Below are positions 60,542-64,000 of a stretch of 64,000 nt of DNA, piece by piece. How positions within the stretch are numbered: the stretch's first letter is position 1; every line of letters begins with the position of its first letter. The position numbers were made by a program, and so were the translations under genes. Origin of the DNA: Myxococcota bacterium (GTDB taxonomy: Bacteria; Myxococcota_A; UBA9160; PR03); assembly GCA_041611735.1 (NCBI GenBank), contig JBFIML010000010.1, positions 13,027 to 77,026 of the forward strand, in the 5' to 3' direction. The notes beneath the pieces are model-generated. The model had not been told where the DNA came from and searched no databases. It was given only the letters and a program-made list of their open reading frames with translations.

Positions 60542-60562
60542 CCTCGGAGGCGATCTCGATGC

Positions 60563-60633
60563 TGGGGCGTCGTCTAATGGTAGGACAGCGGCCTTTGGAG
60601 CCGTTCATGGAGGTTCGAATCCTCCCGCCCCAG
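60563..60633 (+). tRNA. tRNA-Gln (anticodon TTG)
   Basis: Manual cloverleaf. Acceptor TGGGGCG/CGCCCCA with discriminator G. D-arm GTCT-AATGGTA-GGAC. Anticodon arm GCGGC-CTTTGGA-GCCGT. T-arm GGAGG-TTCGAAT-CCTCC. CCA is not encoded. Confidence 0.9.
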
Positions 60634-60671
60634 CCCGATCGGAAACCCGTCCCGCGACCGAGGCCAGCCCC

Positions 60672-61610
60672 ATGAAAGGCATGAAGCTGTTCGCCGGCAA
60701 CTCGAACGGTCCGCTGGCTCGGGCCGTGGCGGCCTACCTGGACGTCGAGCTCGGCAAGGCCGAGGTCGGCACCTTCAGCGACGGCGAGGTGAACGTCGAG
60801 ATCCGCGAGAACGTGCGCGGCATGGACTGCTTCGTGATCCAGTCCACCTGTGCGCCCGCCAATACGCACGTGATGGAGCTGCTCATCATGATCGACGCGC
60901 TGCGCCGCTCCTCGGCGCTGCGCATCACCGCCGTGATCCCCTACTATGGCTATGCGCGCCAGGACCGCAAGGTGCAGCCGCGCGCTCCGATCACCGCGAA
61001 GCTGGTGGCAGACGTGATCTCGGCGGCAGGCGCCAATCGCCTCCTGTGCCTGGATCTGCACGCGGGACAGATCCAGGGCTTCTTCAACATCCCGGTGGAC
61101 AACCTCTACGGCACGCCGGTGCTGCTGCCGGCCATGCGCGAGCGCTTCGGCCGCGAGCTGACCATCATCTCGCCGGATGCCGGCGGTGTGGAGCGCGCCC
61201 GCGCCTACGCCAAGCGCCTGGATGCCCCGCTTGCCATCGTCGACAAGCGTCGCGAAGCCGCCAACGTGGCTCGGGTGATGAACGTGGTCGGCGACGTGAA
61301 GGGGCGAACCTGCGTGCTGGTGGACGACATCGTGGACACGGCCGGGACCCTGTGCCAGGCGGCGGAGGCGCTCCGCGGGGCGGGCGCCAGCCGGGTCTTC
61401 GCGGTGGTCACCCACCCGGTCCTGTCCGGTCCGGCCGTGAAGCGCATCCACGAGTCGCCGCTCGAGGAGATCGTCGTCACGGATACGATCCTGCTTCGCG
61501 ACGAGGCCCAGCGGTCGGAGAAGATCCACGTCGTCACGATCGCGCCCATTCTGGGCGAGGCGATCCGGCGCATCACCAACGAGGAGAGCGTCAGTTCGCT
61601 CTTCGTGTAG
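60672..61610 (+). CDS. prs: ribose-phosphate pyrophosphokinase
   Basis: [13 protein letters not shown]..., [24 protein letters not shown] second ATG at 60681 is an alternative start. Confidence 0.95.
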   Translation: MKGMKLFAGNSNGPLARAVAAYLDVELGKAEVGTFSDGEVNVEIRENVRGMDCFVIQSTCAPANTHVMELLIMIDALRRSSALRITAVIPYYGYARQDRKVQPRAPITAKLVADVISAAGANRLLCLDLHAGQIQGFFNIPVDNLYGTPVLLPAMRERFGRELTIISPDAGGVERARAYAKRLDAPLAIVDKRREAANVARVMNVVGDVKGRTCVLVDDIVDTAGTLCQAAEALRGAGASRVFAVVTHPVLSGPAVKRIHESPLEEIVVTDTILLRDEAQRSEKIHVVTIAPILGEAIRRITNEESVSSLFV

Positions 61611-61624
61611 AAGGGGACCCCATC

Positions 61625-62299
61625 GTGGCCGAGACCGGACTGAGCGTCGATCTCCGCGAGCGGAGCGGCAAGGGCGCTGCGCGCAAGCTGCGTGCGGCGG
61701 GGCGCATCCCGGGCGTGGTGTACGGCAAGGGGCGCGCCACCACGCCGATCGCGCTCGATCCGCACGCGCTCGACCGTCTGCTCAAGACGAGCGAGGCGGG
61801 CCTCAACACCTTGATCGAGCTCACCGTAAACGGGAGAGACGGCCGCACCACCGTCCTCGTGAAGGAGCTCCAGCGAGATCCCGTGCGCGGGGGGCTTCTG
61901 CACGCGGATCTCTACGAGGTGGACCTGACCCGGACCATCGAGGTGGAGGTTCCGATCCATCTGATCGGACGTCCGCGTGGCGTCGAGATGGGCGGCATCC
62001 TGGATCAGACCCTGCGTACGATCGAAGTCGAATGCCTTCCCAGCGACATTCCCGACGAGGTCGAGTTCGACGTCTCCCATCTCGAGATCGGCGACGTGGT
62101 GCACGTGTCCGACCTCCCGATCCCGTCGAACGTGGAGCTGCAGACCGACGCCCACCTGGGCGTCGCCCACGTGATCCTGCCGGCGGCAGAGGAGGCGGCC
62201 GAGGCCGTGGAGGCCGAGGCGGTCCCGACGGAGGCGGAGGCCGAGGGCGAGGCCGCCGAGGCGGGCGAGACCGCCGGCGAGGAGAAGTCCGGCGAGTAG
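61625..62299 (+). CDS. rplY: 50S ribosomal protein L25 / general stress protein Ctc
   Basis: GKGAARKLRAAGRIPGVVYGKG..., long Ctc form with an acidic Ala/Glu tail. In-frame GTG at 61625. Confidence 0.9.
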   Translation: MAETGLSVDLRERSGKGAARKLRAAGRIPGVVYGKGRATTPIALDPHALDRLLKTSEAGLNTLIELTVNGRDGRTTVLVKELQRDPVRGGLLHADLYEVDLTRTIEVEVPIHLIGRPRGVEMGGILDQTLRTIEVECLPSDIPDEVEFDVSHLEIGDVVHVSDLPIPSNVELQTDAHLGVAHVILPAAEEAAEAVEAEAVPTEAEAEGEAAEAGETAGEEKSGE

Positions 62300-62311
62300 G
62301 GCCGCCCGGGC

Positions 62312-62908
62312 GTGAAGCTCGTCGTCGGGCTCGGAAACCCCGGGCCCCGTTACGCGGCGACCCGCCACAACGTGGGGTTTCGCGTGGTGGAGCAGTTCGC
62401 CGCGCGCCACGGGATCGCGCTGGATCGCGACCGGGCCCTGCGCGGGCGCTTCGGCCGTGGACGCACGCTCGGTCTCGACGTGGGCGTCCTCGAGCCCCTC
62501 ACCTACATGAATCTCTCCGGCCGCTCGGTGCGGGTCGCGCTGCGGGATCTGCCCCTCGAGGACCCGGCCCGCGACCTTGTCGTGGTGTTCGATGACGTGG
62601 ATCTCCCCTTCGGCCGGCTGCGGGTGCGGCCGGCGGGGGGCGCCGGCGGCCACAAGGGACTGGCGGACGTGATCGCGCGCGTGCGGCGCGACGACTTCAC
62701 CCGCTTGCGCTTCGGCGTGGGCCGGGCGCCTCCCGGCGAGGACACCGCCGACTATGTGCTGACCCGCTTCGATGCGGCGGAGGAGGCGTTGCTGCCCGAG
62801 CGGCTCGAGGAGGCCGCCGATGCCCTCGACGCGATCCTCGCGGACGGCGTGGAGGCGGCCATGAATCGCTTCAACGCCGCGCCGCGGGCGGCGAGCGAGG
62901 TGAGCTGA
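62312..62908 (+). CDS. pth: peptidyl-tRNA hydrolase
   Basis: KLVVGLGNPGPRYAATRHNVGF, YMNLSG, GHKGL. Confidence 0.93.
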   Translation: MKLVVGLGNPGPRYAATRHNVGFRVVEQFAARHGIALDRDRALRGRFGRGRTLGLDVGVLEPLTYMNLSGRSVRVALRDLPLEDPARDLVVVFDDVDLPFGRLRVRPAGGAGGHKGLADVIARVRRDDFTRLRFGVGRAPPGEDTADYVLTRFDAAEEALLPERLEEAADALDAILADGVEAAMNRFNAAPRAASEVS

Positions 62909-63025
62909 GCCCGACGGCGCCCGGCTCGCACGCCCTCCCGGGAGCCGCTAGAGTGCTCATCCGCCGCTCCGGCGCCGCGAACGCCCGGTCCGCGGTGTGG
63001 CGGCCACGGTGGATCCGGCGGCGCG

Positions 63026-64000
63026 ATGACCAGCGATCAGAACGTGTCGAGCCTGCGTGCGCCGCCCCTGGTGGTGCGGCTCACCCGACCCTTCCAGCGC
63101 TTCGTCCATCTGGAGGCGTCCAGCAGCCTCCTGCTGCTGATCATGACGATCACCGCGCTGGTCTGGGCGAACTCACCCTTCCATCACGGCTACGAGCACC
63201 TGAAGCACCTGCCGCTGAGCCTCGGGGTCGGCGACTTCGAGCTCTCGCTTCCCCTGGAGGCCTGGGTCAACGACGCGCTCATGGCCATCTTCTTCTTCGT
63301 CGTGGGCCTCGAGATCAAGCGCGAGCTGGTGCACGGCGAGCTCTCGACGCGGGCGCGCGCCATGTTGCCGGTGCTCGGCGCCCTGGGCGGCATGGTGGTG
63401 CCGGCTTCGATCTATGCGGCCATCCACTGGGGAGGACCCGCCCTGCACGGCTGGGGCATTCCGATGGCCACCGACATCGCCTTCGCCGTGGCTGCGCTCT
63501 CGGTCTTCGGCTCGCGGGTTCCGGCGGGGCTCAAGGTCTTCCTGCTGGCACTCGCCATCGCCGACGACCTGGGAGCGGTGGCCGTGATCGCCGTGTTCTA
63601 TACCGCCGATCTGTCCCTGGCCTGGCTGGGGCTGGCCGTGCTCGGCCTGGGCCTCACCTTCAGCATGAACCTGGCGGGAGTCCGCTCCTACCTGCCCTAT
63701 CTCCTGGCGGGAGGCGCCGTCTGGCTCGCCACGCTCTACTCCGGCGTGCACGCCACGGTGGCCGGGGTCGCGCTCGGATTCCTCACGCCGTCGGCGCCGG
63801 AGGATCCCACTCAGGAGACGCTGGTGAAGCGCGGCATGGGCGCCGTCGACCGCCTGCGCCGGCTGGTGGCCGAGCAGGAGGACCACGGGGGCCACGAGCG
63901 CCATCGGGTGCTGCGGGAGCTCCAGAACGTGGGGCGTTCGGCGCTCTCGCCCCTCGATCACCTGACCAACCTGCTCCACCCGTGGGTCGCCTTCGGGATC
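63026..64000 (+). CDS. nhaA: Na+/H+ antiporter NhaA (3' end runs off the window)
   Basis: Absent from the ORF track because there is no stop in the window. From the ATG at 63026 it reads MTSDQNVSS...FVHLEASSSLLLLIMTITALVWANSP...WVNDALMAIFFFVVGLEIKRE...GIPMATDIAFA...LALAIADDLGAV, the typical NhaA pattern. Confidence 0.9.
   Translation, partial: MTSDQNVSSLRAPPLVVRLTRPFQRFVHLEASSSLLLLIMTITALVWANSPFHHGYEHLKHLPLSLGVGDFELSLPLEAWVNDALMAIFFFVVGLEIKRELVHGELSTRARAMLPVLGALGGMVVPASIYAAIHWGGPALHGWGIPMATDIAFAVAALSVFGSRVPAGLKVFLLALAIADDLGAVAVIAVFYTADLSLAWLGLAVLGLGLTFSMNLAGVRSYLPYLLAGGAVWLATLYSGVHATVAGVALGFLTPSAPEDPTQETLVKRGMGAVDRLRRLVAEQEDHGGHERHRVLRELQNVGRSALSPLDHLTNLLHPWVAFGI

Noticed and set aside
1-64000. 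CRISPR arrays, transposases, integrases, prophage genes, toxin-antitoxin pairs, or recognisable defence systems.
   Set aside because: No regularly spaced repeat arrays were seen, and none of the ORF translations carry transposase, integrase, nuclease-defence or TA hallmarks. The window looks like core chromosome.

Overview
By eye this 64 kb window is about 70% G+C (not computed). It is gene-dense, with roughly 65 protein genes and one tRNA. I found no transposases, integrases, CRISPR arrays or rRNA. Most long ORFs in the six-frame track are Arg/Pro/Gly-rich shadow frames of real genes on the other strand or frame. I called genes from recognisable family motifs, SD-like sequences and 4-nt start/stop overlaps.

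Content is mainly housekeeping:
- DNA metabolism: nrdJ, ssb, ftsK, radC, ruvX, cinA-thpR-recA.
- Envelope: lgt, plsC, lolA, mreB, mltG, pgpA, bamD, an SLT transglycosylase, a CDP-alcohol phosphatidyltransferase.
- Isoprenoid synthesis: a long-form ispG, and ispE.
- Translation: alaS, tRNA-Gln, prs, rplY/ctc, pth.
- Others: ETF-ubiquinone oxidoreductase, pilT, nhaA, and several DUF or lipoprotein genes.

The most notable system is a complete Pup-proteasome locus, mpa-dop-pup-prcB-prcA-pafA (32.6-39.2 kb). It sits in a genome that clearly builds an outer membrane (bamD, lolA, lgt), so the host is not an actinobacterium. The locus has three unusual features:
- a roughly 660-bp non-coding gap upstream, containing a near-consensus promoter and a long structured leader;
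- a Pup with an N-terminal extension;
- an uncharacterised membrane-anchored coiled-coil ORF translationally coupled to pafA, in the position where actinobacteria carry pafBC.

Outside genes I see:
- a recurring inverted-repeat family (GGGGACGTTCTCGAC ... GTCGAGAACGTCCCC) next to start codons at three to four loci;
- a perfect CRP/FNR-type palindrome inside a 40-bp symmetric element;
- phased 11-bp direct repeats;
- several strong 5'-UTR hairpins;
- a truncated CrtI-like gene remnant.

All functional calls rest on motif recognition by eye. No database searches were run.
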